This document shows positions 43,806-54,655 of a DNA stretch of 64,000 nucleotides, in pieces. The first letter of the stretch is position 1. Each line of letters opens with the position of its first letter. The DNA lies in assembly GCA_963516485.1 (NCBI GenBank), contig CAUQBS010000004.1, positions 869-64,868 of the forward strand, written 5' to 3'. Under the pieces are notes generated by a model. That model made no database searches. It saw only the letters and a program-made list of their open reading frames with translations, and was not told the DNA's origin. Origin of the DNA: an uncultured bacterium (GTDB taxonomy: Bacteria; Patescibacteriota; Gracilibacteria; Absconditabacterales; Absconditicoccaceae). Made by a program: the position numbers and the translations under genes.

Positions 43806-45979
43806 TGCGATATCGTTATTACGAGATTAATTCCACAAAAAAAACACTGACCTATTTTCTTTATGTGATTGTAGTGCTCTGGTTTTTTGCTACTGTGGCT
43901 CTTGGTTATCAGTTTCTTGTAAAAAACTCGAAATCAACTTCTAAAAAATGATGAACTTTTGTGGAAGCAATTTTTGATCAGGTTTCTTACCTGCCTTACC
44001 TAAAAAATGACTGACAGAGTATGTTTTATCAGTCTTTTTTGTTTGATGCGTGTGTGGGATATGCTACCCTTAACTCCGAAGGTCTTAAAGGGGAAACTTG
44101 TAAAATTACAACTCAGGACTATCAAACCTACTATGTAAACCTTGCGACAGGTGGAAAAGTATGGAGTGATGGTGTTCCGATGACGCTTGATGATGTGTTC
44201 TTCACTTATGATCATATTATTCGTCAAAATGCTTGGGATATTAAAACACTCAAGACCTACCAAGAGATACAAATCTCTCAGGAAAATGATAAGCTCAAGA
44301 TTGTTTTCCCAACAAGTACAACTGATAATAATTACTTTTTCAGCTTCTATATTTTGCCAAAGCATGTCCTAGAACATGCAAATAGTGATATGTATAAGAA
44401 GATTTTCGCTGCAAATCCAGTGACGAGTGGTTGTGGAAAAATTGCTCCAAAATCAAGCGATAGTCAAAGTCTTGTCTTTGATCTCACAAAGTGTGAAGAT
44501 ACTAACCTCGCTTTCTATCAGATCAAAAACTATAACGGATTTGATACGCTCGCAAAGTCGGTTTTAGAGGAGAAAAATACCCTTGTAGATACCTATGCAA
44601 ATCAGGTGACTCTTGAGGGATATCAGAAGCTCAATATCATCAAAAGTCAGATTTTGACTCTTTTCTTCAATACAAAGTCTGAAAGAATGAAGGTAAGACT
44701 TAGAAGAGCGCTCTGATGATTGATCAATGCTAATTTCTATACTGGAGATTATAAGCAATATCTCAAAAAATACAATGATCCACTGCTTACACTCTTTTAC
44801 TCAGATGGAAGCAATATCAAGGAGTTTATCAATCGTCTCTCAACAGCTGATGAATGAGAAGAGGCAGTTCAACAAAAAGATCTTCAAGATAGTGGAGTTC
44901 AGCCACTCAAGAAATCAATTTCTATCAATGGAGTAGAGAGAAAGTTCCTTTTCTACCTTCAAAAGCCAGAAAAGACCTTCAATCTTGATATTAAATTCTC
45001 AAATCAGTTTGAGATAATCAAGGTAAAAGATGCTTCAGGAAATACTTTCAGTCCAAAAAACTATAAAAAAACTGACAAAAAGATCACCTATCCACTTGAA
45101 CTTGGAAAGAATCTAAAAGATGGACTCAATCAATATACTATTGAGTGAACTATCAAAGGTAAAACCTATACTATCGCAAATATTGATCTCTATCTTTTGA
45201 CGACAACTGCACCAAAAGTTGAGCAAAATACAGATGCATCAAAGATTTCTGTTGTATATTACAATAATCTTGAGTCAAATTTTGCAATCAAGCAGCTAAG
45301 AGAACTCCTTACCAGAGCTGGTATCTTAGAATATTTCCTCTTTGAGCAGGTGAGTAGTCCAGAGGAGCTTGAAGCAAAGCTCGTTATGGGAAATTATGAT
45401 ATTCTGCTTAATACGATCAATATTGGACTTAAAAAGGATATCTTAAAAATCCTGACAACAAGCGATGCGCTAGTAAATCCATCAAAATATACCAATCCAA
45501 AACTAACAAATCTCTTCAAACAGTATACAAAAAGTCCGCAAAAAACTGAACTTTCAACTGAGATTAGTAAGATATTCGCTCAAGATATGCCTTTTGTAGT
45601 CTTGTGATATCCGTTTGACTTTGTAAATGTGAAGTCAAATTTGCTAGAAAATGGCTTTGCTTATACTGGAGATTTGTATGAATACAACTGGAGAAACCAT
45701 CTCTATCATACCGCAACTCTCGTGCAAAATACAGTTCTCGATTTCTCAAAGCTCAAGGATATCTCTGGTTTTATTAAACATATCCAGCAATTAACAAATC
45801 CTAACCTCTCTTGAAATCTCAAGACTGAACCTGTAGTTTCTGGTAGTTGAGAAAACCTCTCAGGTGCACTTCAAACAATAACAGAAACCTGAAATCAGAA
45901 TTCATCTCTTGAAACTTCGGATCAGAGACCTCAGATCAATACGGATAATCCATTTGAAGGACTTGTTAAACCTGCCTAA
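43805..45979 (+). CDS. membrane-anchored solute-binding protein, family 5 (peptide/nickel)-like
   Basis: 724 aa. Its ATG overlaps the secG stop (TAATG). Motif KVWSDGVPMTLDDVFFTYDHI is typical of SBP_bac_5. N-terminal TM anchor. Confidence 0.55.
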
Positions 45980-46007
45980 TACTTATATTTATTCTCTTGT
46001 TCGCTGT

Positions 46008-46661
46008 ATGGTACCGATTTATTCGTATATCCAGATTGGAATTATCTTTATCGTATCGGTGAGTTTGCATGAATTTGCGCATGCCTATGCCTCATATAAA
46101 CTCGGTGATCCGACACCAAAAATCCAATGAAGACTGACTCCAAACCCAATAAAACATATTGATCCTATCTGATTTATCCTTATTTTCTTGATCGGATTTG
46201 GTCGAGGGAGACCTGTACAAATTGATCCTAGCTACTACAAAAAGCCCTATAGAGATGAACTGATTGTTGCCCTAGCTGGACCGCTGACCAATGTGATTTT
46301 GGGAATCCTAGCGATCATTATTATGATGGTGTATATGAAAACATTTGCACTGGGACTCAATGCACTATCTACGCAGGCAGATCTTGTAATTCAATTTTGG
46401 ATAACATTTGCAGTGACGAATTTTGCACTCGCAGCATTCAATATGATCCCTTTGCCACCACTAGATGGATATAGACTGATAAAAGTCTTTAATCATAACG
46501 CTGGAGCGTTTCTGGAAAAAAATGTCTGAATTATCTCAATTCTTTTCCTTGCTCTAGTGATCTTTTGACCATTTAAGGGAATACTGTGAGAATATATCAG
46601 CCGAGTTGCATATGGCTTATTTAGAATGCTTGTTTTCCCTTTCTCTCAGCTATTTTTTTAG
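46008..46661 (+). CDS. site-2 protease family (M50) membrane metalloprotease
   Basis: HEFAHAYASYKLGDPTP (HExxH) and NMIPLPPLDGYRL. Confidence 0.8.
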
Positions 46662-46725
46662 GTTTAGAAGTTATATAAGAGCTCTACTTTATAACTGCCT
46701 TTATCTTTATTAGTACAAACAGGGG

Positions 46726-47064
46726 ATGAAAATATATCTGAAACGTGTGTATGAGGAGAGAAGTCATGAAGATGGTTTTAGAGTGCTTGCAGACCGTCTT
46801 TGGCCTCGTGGCATTAAAAAAGAAAATCTTGGTTTAGATCTATGGGCAAAAGAGATTACTCCTAGTACCGAGTTGCGCAAACGTTATCATCAAGATGGTA
46901 ATTTTGAGGCTTTTAGCCAGGATTATATAGAGGAACTCAATCACAATAGTTCCTTCCCTGCTTTTTGCGAGATGCTGAAAGATCATAAGGTAATCACTTT
47001 ACTTACCGCGAGTAAAAATATTGAAAAAAGTGCTTTACCTATATTATCATCTCAGATAACCTAA
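46726..47064 (+). CDS. yeaO: DUF488 family protein (YeaO-like)
   Basis: KRVYEERSHEDGFRVLADRLWPRGIKKENLGLDLWAKEITPSTELRKRYH closely parallels E. coli YeaO. No TGA codon. Confidence 0.8.
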   Translation: MKIYLKRVYEERSHEDGFRVLADRLWPRGIKKENLGLDLWAKEITPSTELRKRYHQDGNFEAFSQDYIEELNHNSSFPAFCEMLKDHKVITLLTASKNIEKSALPILSSQIT

Positions 47065-47441
47065 AATTTATTTCTCCGGAAACATTCAGTTCCCGTCTAC
47101 ATTCGGAAATGTATACAGAATTTTTGCTTTCTCTATCTCAAAATTTTATACGAAAAAAACTCCCTCTAGAGGGTGTTTTTTCTTATTCTGAATATTTTCA
47201 GCTACTAGCTGAAATACTCATTTCTCTACTAATCCCAGCTTTCCAGAGCTTTCCCCTTACGCTGACGGAAAGCTGAGTGTCGGCAGTATACATATCTACC
47301 TTAAATTTAGCTTAAAAGACCAAAAGGTCACTTCTCTACCTATTCTTGCTTGTATTACGAAAAGATAAAAATCTGATTTCTTCTTGCTTTCTACTGATGA
47401 ATCCTTATACGAATAAGAACTTTACCCCATAGCTATAAACG

Positions 47442-48479
47442 ATGCAAGTAAAAGCCTTTTGAGCCCAAGCTCTCAATGAGCCCATGAAACCCTTGGAGAT
47501 TACTCGTAGGGCACTTAGACCTCAGGATCTCGCATTTGAAGTGCTCTACTGTGGAATCTGCCACTCTGATCTTCATGCTATCAAAAATGATCGGTGAACC
47601 GCAGTATTCCCACTCGTTCCAGGTCATGAAATTCTCGGGAGAGTGACTGCTATTTGAGATCAGGTTTCTGCTTTTAAGGTTGGGGACTTGGTTGGAGTTG
47701 GATGCATTGTAGAATCCTGTCAGCACTGCCAATATTGCGCAGAAGGGGAGGAGCAGTTTTGCGAAAAAGGAGCAACCTTTTCATTTAATAGTCCAGACAA
47801 AGTCTCTGGAGGGATGACCTACGGAGGCTTCTCAAAGACCTATGTCTGCGAAGAAAAATACGTGCTCCATATGCCACCTTTTCAGAATCTCGCAATGGCA
47901 GCTCCACTCCTATGTGCTGGGATTACCGTTTATTCTCCGCTCAAGCACTGGCAAGTAGGACCAGGAAAAAAAGTCTGAATCCTTTGAATTGGTGGACTAG
48001 GACATCTCGCTATCAAAATCGCAAAAGCTATGGGTGCAACCGTGACCGTCTTTACGACCTCTCCAGAAAAGCTTGCGGATGCCCAAAGACTCTGAGCAGA
48101 TGCTGCAGTCTTAACGACTGATCATGCAGCCCTCAGATCTGCACCCAAGCAAGACTTTATCCTCGATACCATATCAGCAACTCATAATATCAATCAATAC
48201 CTCTCATTACTCACTCCAGATGGTTCGCTCGTGATGGTTGGATTGCCAGTCGAACACTTGAAGGTTTCAGTCTTTAACCTCGTGCATGGTCGTAGAAGCT
48301 TCGCTGGTTCAAATATTGGAGGCATTAGAGAGACGCAGGAGATGTTAGATTTCTGCTACCAGCACAATATTTTAGCAGAAGGGGAGGTATTGCCAATCAC
48401 TCAAGCAAATGAAGCTTTTGAGAGGCTAGAGAAGTGAGATATTCACTATCGCTTTGTCCTTGATATGCAGGACCTCTAA
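47442..48479 (+). CDS. Zn-dependent NAD(P) alcohol dehydrogenase (cinnamyl-alcohol/YahK-like)
   Basis: GICHSDLH, VPGHEILG, CQHCQYCAEGEEQFC, and KV[TGA]IL[TGA]IGGLGH (the GxGxxG motif with both leading Gly encoded by TGA). Confidence 0.85.
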
Positions 48480-48496
48480 GTATTCCAAATAAAAGA

Positions 48497-48533
48497 AAAG
48501 TCTGATTTCCGTTGCTGAAAATCAGATTTTTTT
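48497..48533 (+). terminator. intrinsic terminator
   Basis: TCTGATTT-loop-AAATCAGA followed by T7. Confidence 0.7.
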
Positions 48534-48607
48534 GTAAATAAGCTTGTATTTTCAGCGTATTTTCATATAATCATTCAGTGAAGTTTTTATTTTTTATCGT
48601 AGGAGAG

Positions 48608-49219
48608 ATGATTCAGCTTTTTCTTTGTTCTTCATTTGCAGATGTAGCAAAATTTCTCCCAGACTGCGTAAAAAATCTGCAAGGTATGAAAGTTGCCTTT
48701 ATCCCGACAGCAGCAGAGGTAGAGAAAGTGAAGTTTTATGTAAAAAAGGGGTGGGAAGCTCTAGAAGATCTAGGAATGCAAATAACAGAGCTTAATATCA
48801 ACACAACAGAAGCTCCTAAAATAAAGGAAATTATCGAAAACGCTGATTGTATCTACATCTCAGGAGGAAATACCTTTTATCTACTTCAAGAACTCAGAAA
48901 GACTGGTGTAGATGAACTAATTAAACAGCATATCCTTGCGGGAAAACTTTATATTGGCGAGTCTGCTGGTGCAGTGATTACAGCGCCCAATATTGAGTAT
49001 GTTTGTTTGATGGATGATCCAAATGAGGGAAAGGAACTGACAAATTTTGAAGCTCTGAATGTGGTGGATTTTTCAACAGTTCCTCACCTCTGATGCTTCC
49101 CATTTGCAAAAGCAACCAAAGAAGTTATCTCGCGTTACGAAGAATCTTTGACTCTTAAAGCGATTTCCAATACTCAAGCGTTACGAGTTGATGGAGAAGG
49201 CGTTAAGATCCTTGAATAA
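48608..49219 (+). CDS. peptidase S51 (dipeptidase E-like)
   Basis: AGGAGA Shine-Dalgarno upstream. Motifs AFIPTAA, IYISGGNTFYLL, IGESAGAVI. Confidence 0.75.
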
Positions 49220-49225
49220 AAAAAG

Positions 49226-49254
49226 AAACCTGACGGCAAAAGTCAGGTTTTTTT
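49226..49254 (+). terminator. intrinsic terminator
   Basis: AACCTGAC-GGCAAAA-GTCAGGTT followed by T7. Confidence 0.8.
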
Positions 49255-49328
49255 AATGAAAGTTACCTAATTTGACTATAGAGAGTATCACCGACGGTGA
49301 CTTTTTTATCTATCTTCTACTCAATATA

Positions 49329-49757
49329 ATGTTCAAACTTTTCAAAAACCGTAAAAAGCTGAAAAAAATCCTTCTTTGAATTTTAGGATATTTACTACTT
49401 AATTTTGTACTAATAGTTGTATTTTTAACCATGTTTACAATCGAAGAATGAGGTCACGGTTGTATTGGTTCAGGTTTTTCTCTTTATCTCTGTGCAACTC
49501 GAAAGGTAATTGCTACAAATATACTTTGATATTTTGGCGGATTTCCCATAAATATTCTAGCAGTACTTATGGCATTTGGCTTTATTTTTATTTTCCTTAC
49601 AGAGAATATATTTGGTCGGTCAGTAAGTAGTCTTGATGATGAAATATATCTTGTGTCTTTAGTGGGGATATGATTTGTTCTCCTCATAACTGGAATCATT
49701 TTCTGAATAAGATACCTTCTAAGAAAGCGAAAACAAAAACAAAAAAAATCTGACTAA
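49329..49757 (+). CDS. hypothetical four-TM membrane protein
   Basis: 142 aa with about 7 in-frame TGA. Hydrophobic segments throughout. Confidence 0.45.
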
Positions 49758-49877
49758 ATCCGCTCAAAATACCAGAATCAGCAAAATCCCTTGAAACAAA
49801 AAGGCTTTTCCTTATAAATTATCTCAATTCAAAACAAGGAAAATCTGATTTTTTATTCCTTTCAAATCCCTTTGCTG

Positions 49878-50957
49878 ATGCTTGAAAAACTCAATACGAT
49901 CATCTCAAAATATGAACATCTCAGAGAACAATCTCTCCAACCTGAGATTTTTGAAGATATGGAAAAAGCCAAGAAGGTTAATAAGGAACTTTCAGCTATG
50001 GAAGAGACCTATAATCTGGCTTGCGCCTACAAAAAAGCCCTTGAAACTCAGGCAAATGCTCAGGAAATGCTTGCTTCAGAAACTGATCCTGATATGGTAG
50101 AAATGGCACAAGAAGAGCTAGATACAGCCAAAGAGCAGATCGAAACTCTCGATCATGATCTCAAGATAGCACTGCTTCCAAAAGATCCAAACGATGAGAA
50201 AAATATTTTTCTAGAAATCAGGCCTGCAGCCTGAGGAGATGAAGCTGGACTATTTGCATCGGAACTACTAAAAATGTATCTCAGCTATGCTCAGAGAAAA
50301 GGTCGAAAACCCGAAATCGTGGAGGAACAACTTTCAGATATTGGAGGAGTAAAGTTTGTGATGGTCAAGATTGCTGGAAATAATGTGTATTCACTGATGA
50401 AATTTGAGTCTGGAGTGCACAGAGTTCAGAGAATCCCTGATACTGAGTCTAATGGTAGAGTGCATACTTCGACCGTTACCGTTGCGATTATGCCGGAGGC
50501 TGAGGATGTAGATATTCAGATTGATCCAAAAGATATTAGTATGGATACGTATGCGGCTTCTTCTTCTGGTGGACAAAATGCAAATAAAAACCAGACTGGA
50601 GTGAGACTTCATCATCTCCCAACCTGACTCATTGTAAATATTTGAGATAGTAAATCACAAATGCAAAACAAGGAAAAAGCCTTTGCTGTCCTTAAATCAA
50701 GACTTTATCAAATTGAACTAGAAAAAAAACAAGCTGAGGAAAAGTCTCTTAGAGGAAATCAGATTGGAACTGGGGATAGATCAGAAAAGATCAGAACCTA
50801 CAACTTCCCTCAGGATAGAGTGACTGACCATAGAATTCACGAATCTTGGTCAAATCTCCCAAATATTATGCTCGGGAATATCGATGATATTATCGGGAAG
50901 ATGGTGCTTGAAAATCAGACAATGTTGCTCAATCAGCAAATGAATTCAGCCCAATAA
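49878..50957 (+). CDS. prfA: peptide chain release factor 1
   Basis: RPAA[TGA][23 protein letters not shown] (RF1-type PxT tripeptide region, not the RF2 SPF), [16 protein letters not shown] (GGQ). Confidence 0.85.
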
Positions 50958-50967
50958 AAAAAGTAGA

Positions 50968-51008
50968 AATCTGACCAAACTCATTTCTAAAAGGTCAGTT
51001 TTCTTTTC
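50968..51008 (+). terminator. intrinsic terminator
   Basis: CTGACC-loop-GGTCAG followed by a T run. Confidence 0.55.
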
Positions 51009-51035
51009 TCTTTAGTTAAATAGAGTAATAACTAC

Positions 51036-52403
51036 ATGCATAGACCAATGATCGTGGCTCCTGGAGGATCCCACAATAAAGCAATTACCGCTGCAAGATT
51101 CGGAGCAGAGGAGGTATATATGGGGGTGCCTTTTACCTCACTCAGAATGAGATCAAACAAGCTCTGAGATTTTTCAAAACTCAAAAAAACCGTAGATGCA
51201 GTTCATGAGCTCGGAAGTAAAGTCTTTTTGACGATGAATATTTTCCCAAGAAATGTAGATATCAAGATCTTTGAGGCGGTAGTAGAAAAGGTCTCTGATA
51301 TGGGAGCTGATGCGATTATCTTCTCAGATCCAGGAACCTTTCATGTTCTCAAAAAGTATATGCCAAATACTCACCTCCATCTCAGTACTCAGACCACAAC
51401 AATGAACTATTCTGCTGTTCAGTTCTGGTATGATATGGGAGTTAAGAGAGTAGTCCTTGCTCGTGAACTTCATATTGATGAGATTAGAGAGATCAAAGAA
51501 AAAGTCCCAGGTGTTGAACTCGAAGTTTTCGTTCAAGGAGCGATGTGTATGACATATTCAGGAAGATGCTTGCTCGGAGACTATATGGGAGGAAGACCAG
51601 GAAATAAGGGGGAATGCAACCATGCTTGTAGATTCAACTACAATGTTTATCTAGAAGAGCCGAGAAGACCTGGAAAATTTTTCCAACTGGAGCAGGGAGA
51701 GGATTGAGGAAGCTTTATTATGTCTTCAAAAGATCTCTCAGTGATCAATAGACTCGCTGAGGTGCTTCCTTATGTTGATGCACTCAAAATTGAATGAAGA
51801 AGTAAATCAGAATTTTATGTTTGATGAATGGTAAAAGCCTATAAACACGTGAGAGATGCAATCATAGATGGGACTCCAATTGATCCAGAGATCCAAAATC
51901 TTGTAAATGTAATTCCTCATAGAGAGTATTGGGATGGTTTCCTTTTCAATAAGCTTAAGGATTATCCAGATAGAGAGGAAGAACTGGCAACGGATATTCC
52001 AGTAGAGATGAAGCCTGTATCTGAGCGATGAAATAATGAACCGACAGCAACAACAGAAAATACTGATCTTCCTCAGCTCGTTCAAGATGGCACAACTACA
52101 CAAGCTACGCCTTGACCATTATTTGCGAGAAACTATTATGGATTTGTATCAGAGGAAACTCTTGAATATAATGGAAAAAAATACTTCAAGACCTCTCCAA
52201 AAGAGACAATTAGACCAGGAATTCAACTCCGTTATCTGACACCAGATAGCTATGGAAAGCTTACAATTACTGGCATCTTGGATGAAAAAGGTAGAGAATT
52301 AGAAAAAGCTGACTGTAATACTCCAAATGTATACATTACGACAGATTATCCTCTAGTCTGAGGAGAGATCCTTTATGTGAATCCATCAGAAGCGGTACAA
52401 TAA
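51036..52403 (+). CDS. peptidase U32 family protein
   Basis: GADAIIFSDPG, HLSTQ, ELEVFVQGAMCMTYSGRCLL, DALKIE[TGA]RSKS. Confidence 0.8.
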
Positions 52404-52419
52404 TCTCTTAATAAAAAAA

Positions 52420-52454
52420 GAAATCTGATCTCAGTAATTGAGTTCAGATTTTTG
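52420..52454 (+). terminator. intrinsic terminator
   Basis: AATCTGA-loop-TCAGATT followed by a T run. Confidence 0.6.
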
Positions 52455-52541
52455 CTTAATGAGCAACTTATTTTTTCGCATTTCTCAAAAGTAAGTATGA
52501 GAAAATATAATTTTACCGGGATAAGATCACTATTATAGAGC

Positions 52542-53264
52542 CTACTGAATCTTATACACATAAAAAAGCTGATCTTCTGAGGTATATACACATTTAGTAT
52601 CTTCTGGTGTCGCGATTTTTAGTGTCGTTCATTTTTCAATTTCTGTACAAAGTGTATTTACAACTTTATTGTCACATCATGATGCTGAGTCTGGTCAGGA
52701 ACATCAAACCCAAATAGTATTTTCAGTTGTAATTCCAGCATCTGCCACAAAATTTGCAAGATCTGGAGTTTCCATTTGAGCAATAACTACTCATTTGAAT
52801 AGAGTTTTAGTTTTATAACTCCTAATCGCCTGATAATAATATTCTCAGTTTTCAAAAACATCAGCAACGGGTCTTCAAAATGCACTACAATCCCTAAAAT
52901 TACGCCTATTATTCTTAGCGCAAGATTCATGTAGAACTTTTACACTCATATTTTTGTTAGATTCTGTAGGCCAATCTGATACGAAACGGGAGAGTGGAGC
53001 TTTCAGTCAGCTAGCTGGTCACACATATTGCCAAGGTACTCCGTATACTCATCCAACGACTCATTCCCTTTTAGGAAATTCTCAGTGCATATCTTTATAC
53101 ATCTGGATCGCTGTTCAAATAGTTCTGAGATCAGCAATTCTTTTCGTATCCCTACTTCTCGCCATTGCACCAGTGAGCCTTGGTACTATCGCAGCTGCTA
53201 GAATCCCAATAATAATCACGACAATAAGCATTTCTACAAGAGTGAAACCAGATTTTTTTCTCAT
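52542..53264 (-). CDS. type IV pilin / GspG-like pseudopilin
   Basis: MRKKSGFTLVEMLIVVIIIGILAAAIVPRL...RDTKRIADLRTI. About 16 in-frame TGA hide it from the track. Track ORF 52954-53322 (+) is antisense to it. Confidence 0.8.
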
Positions 53265-53468
53265 TTTATTTTTCTATAAATATTTTAAAATATGCAATAA
53301 AGCTAATCTCTATCAATTTTAAAAGATAGCCTACTATTTCAATTTGTATACTATTTATGAAGCAATAAATATGTATCAATTTACCTTAAAAAAGCAAGTA
53401 TAAAACTGGCTTTCTCATTCTTGTTTTCTTTTTTTTGTAATAAAACAATAAAAAAACTGACGATTTTT

Positions 53469-53497
53469 TTGCATTTTTTTTATTTTTGTAGTATAAT
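53469..53497 (+). promoter_or_regulatory. near-consensus promoter TTGCAT-17-TATAAT
   Basis: TTGCAT at 53469-53474 and TATAAT at 53492-53497, preceded by an A/T-rich tract containing the AAACTGACGATTTTTTT motif. Confidence 0.55.
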
Positions 53498-53533
53498 TGA
53501 GTATACAGTTTTATATGTATATGTTGTTAGACA

Positions 53534-54559
53534 ATGAAAAAACAGATTTCTTTAGCAGGACTTGCAGTCATCGGATTGACTACATTCACCTATGCTGCTA
53601 CACCATTGCTCAATCTTGATAAGGTATTCTCAGCTAATCCTGATAAGGATTTTGATTTCGGATATACTGAAAATCAAAATATCACAGTTCAAGGATTTAA
53701 ATCAGTACAAGAAGGAACAGAAAATACTAATAAAAACTTCCTAATCACTTCTCCTTTTCTAAAGGATGCGGTAGATTCTGACGCTGAGACATATACTGTC
53801 CTCCTTGGAAAGAATATGATGAAGGCGTATCTCACTGGAGATAGGTCAGACCTCTCAGAAGTGAACTTCACTCCAAAGGATGAAGATAAAGCGCTAGGAC
53901 AGCTTACCATGAAGCTTGAAACTAAAGATCTTGAAAAGAATGCTTATTATCATGGAATTGTTGTTCCAGTAGATGATAATGTTCAAGAAGGTAGACCATC
54001 AAAGGAATTCTGTTTCAATATTGAAAAAGAAGCTTTCGCTGAAGGACTTGCTTGTGAAACTTTTGGAGTATCAGCTGCTCAAGCTGTAGCCGAACCTGTT
54101 GATGCTGCAGATGCTACAAGTGAAAACGATGAAGAACATTCAGCAGCTGGAGCTGATATGAAGCTTGCAGATATCTCTCATACCATTGAAGGTAATAAGA
54201 TTTATCTCTCTTGGACAGCACTTCCTCAGTCATCAAATGTAGAAATTAAACTCTTTAATAAGGAACTTAATGATTTCAGATCTCTAGGAACTGTTCCTAT
54301 GACTCAGCAAAAGTTTGAGTATATCATGGAAGACCCTAATGCTACAGATCCATATATCTTTGCCTTTATCCCAAGAGATAGTAAAGGAAGAGAAATCAGA
54401 TATCCAGTTAATGTTAGACATGAAACAGACGTAGTTCCAGATCTAAAACCTGTAAAAGAGATCAAAGTTGGTCCTGTAGAAGATATGATGCTTATCCTTG
54501 GAGTAACACTCTTGCTCTATGGTGGATATAGAGTATATGCTTCTAGAAAGGCAGAATAA
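53534..54559 (+). CDS. secreted, C-terminally anchored surface protein (hypothetical)
   Basis: Signal peptide MKKQISLAGLAVIGLTTFTYA and C-terminal TM plus basic tail MMLILGVTLLLYGGYRVYASRKAE. 341 codons with no TGA at all. Strong promoter and terminator. Confidence 0.65.
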   Translation: MKKQISLAGLAVIGLTTFTYAATPLLNLDKVFSANPDKDFDFGYTENQNITVQGFKSVQEGTENTNKNFLITSPFLKDAVDSDAETYTVLLGKNMMKAYLTGDRSDLSEVNFTPKDEDKALGQLTMKLETKDLEKNAYYHGIVVPVDDNVQEGRPSKEFCFNIEKEAFAEGLACETFGVSAAQAVAEPVDAADATSENDEEHSAAGADMKLADISHTIEGNKIYLSWTALPQSSNVEIKLFNKELNDFRSLGTVPMTQQKFEYIMEDPNATDPYIFAFIPRDSKGREIRYPVNVRHETDVVPDLKPVKEIKVGPVEDMMLILGVTLLLYGGYRVYASRKAE

Positions 54560-54580
54560 AGACTAACTTTCAATAGCTAA

Positions 54581-54606
54581 AAATCCCCAATCTTGGGGAT
54601 TTTTTC
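54581..54606. terminator. bidirectional intrinsic terminator
   Basis: ATCCCCA-ATCT-TGGGGAT flanked by A4 and T5. Confidence 0.8.
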
Positions 54607-54655
54607 TTATTTGAAATTTTAAACATGAGGGTAATCAGAAGAGGAAATCAGATTT

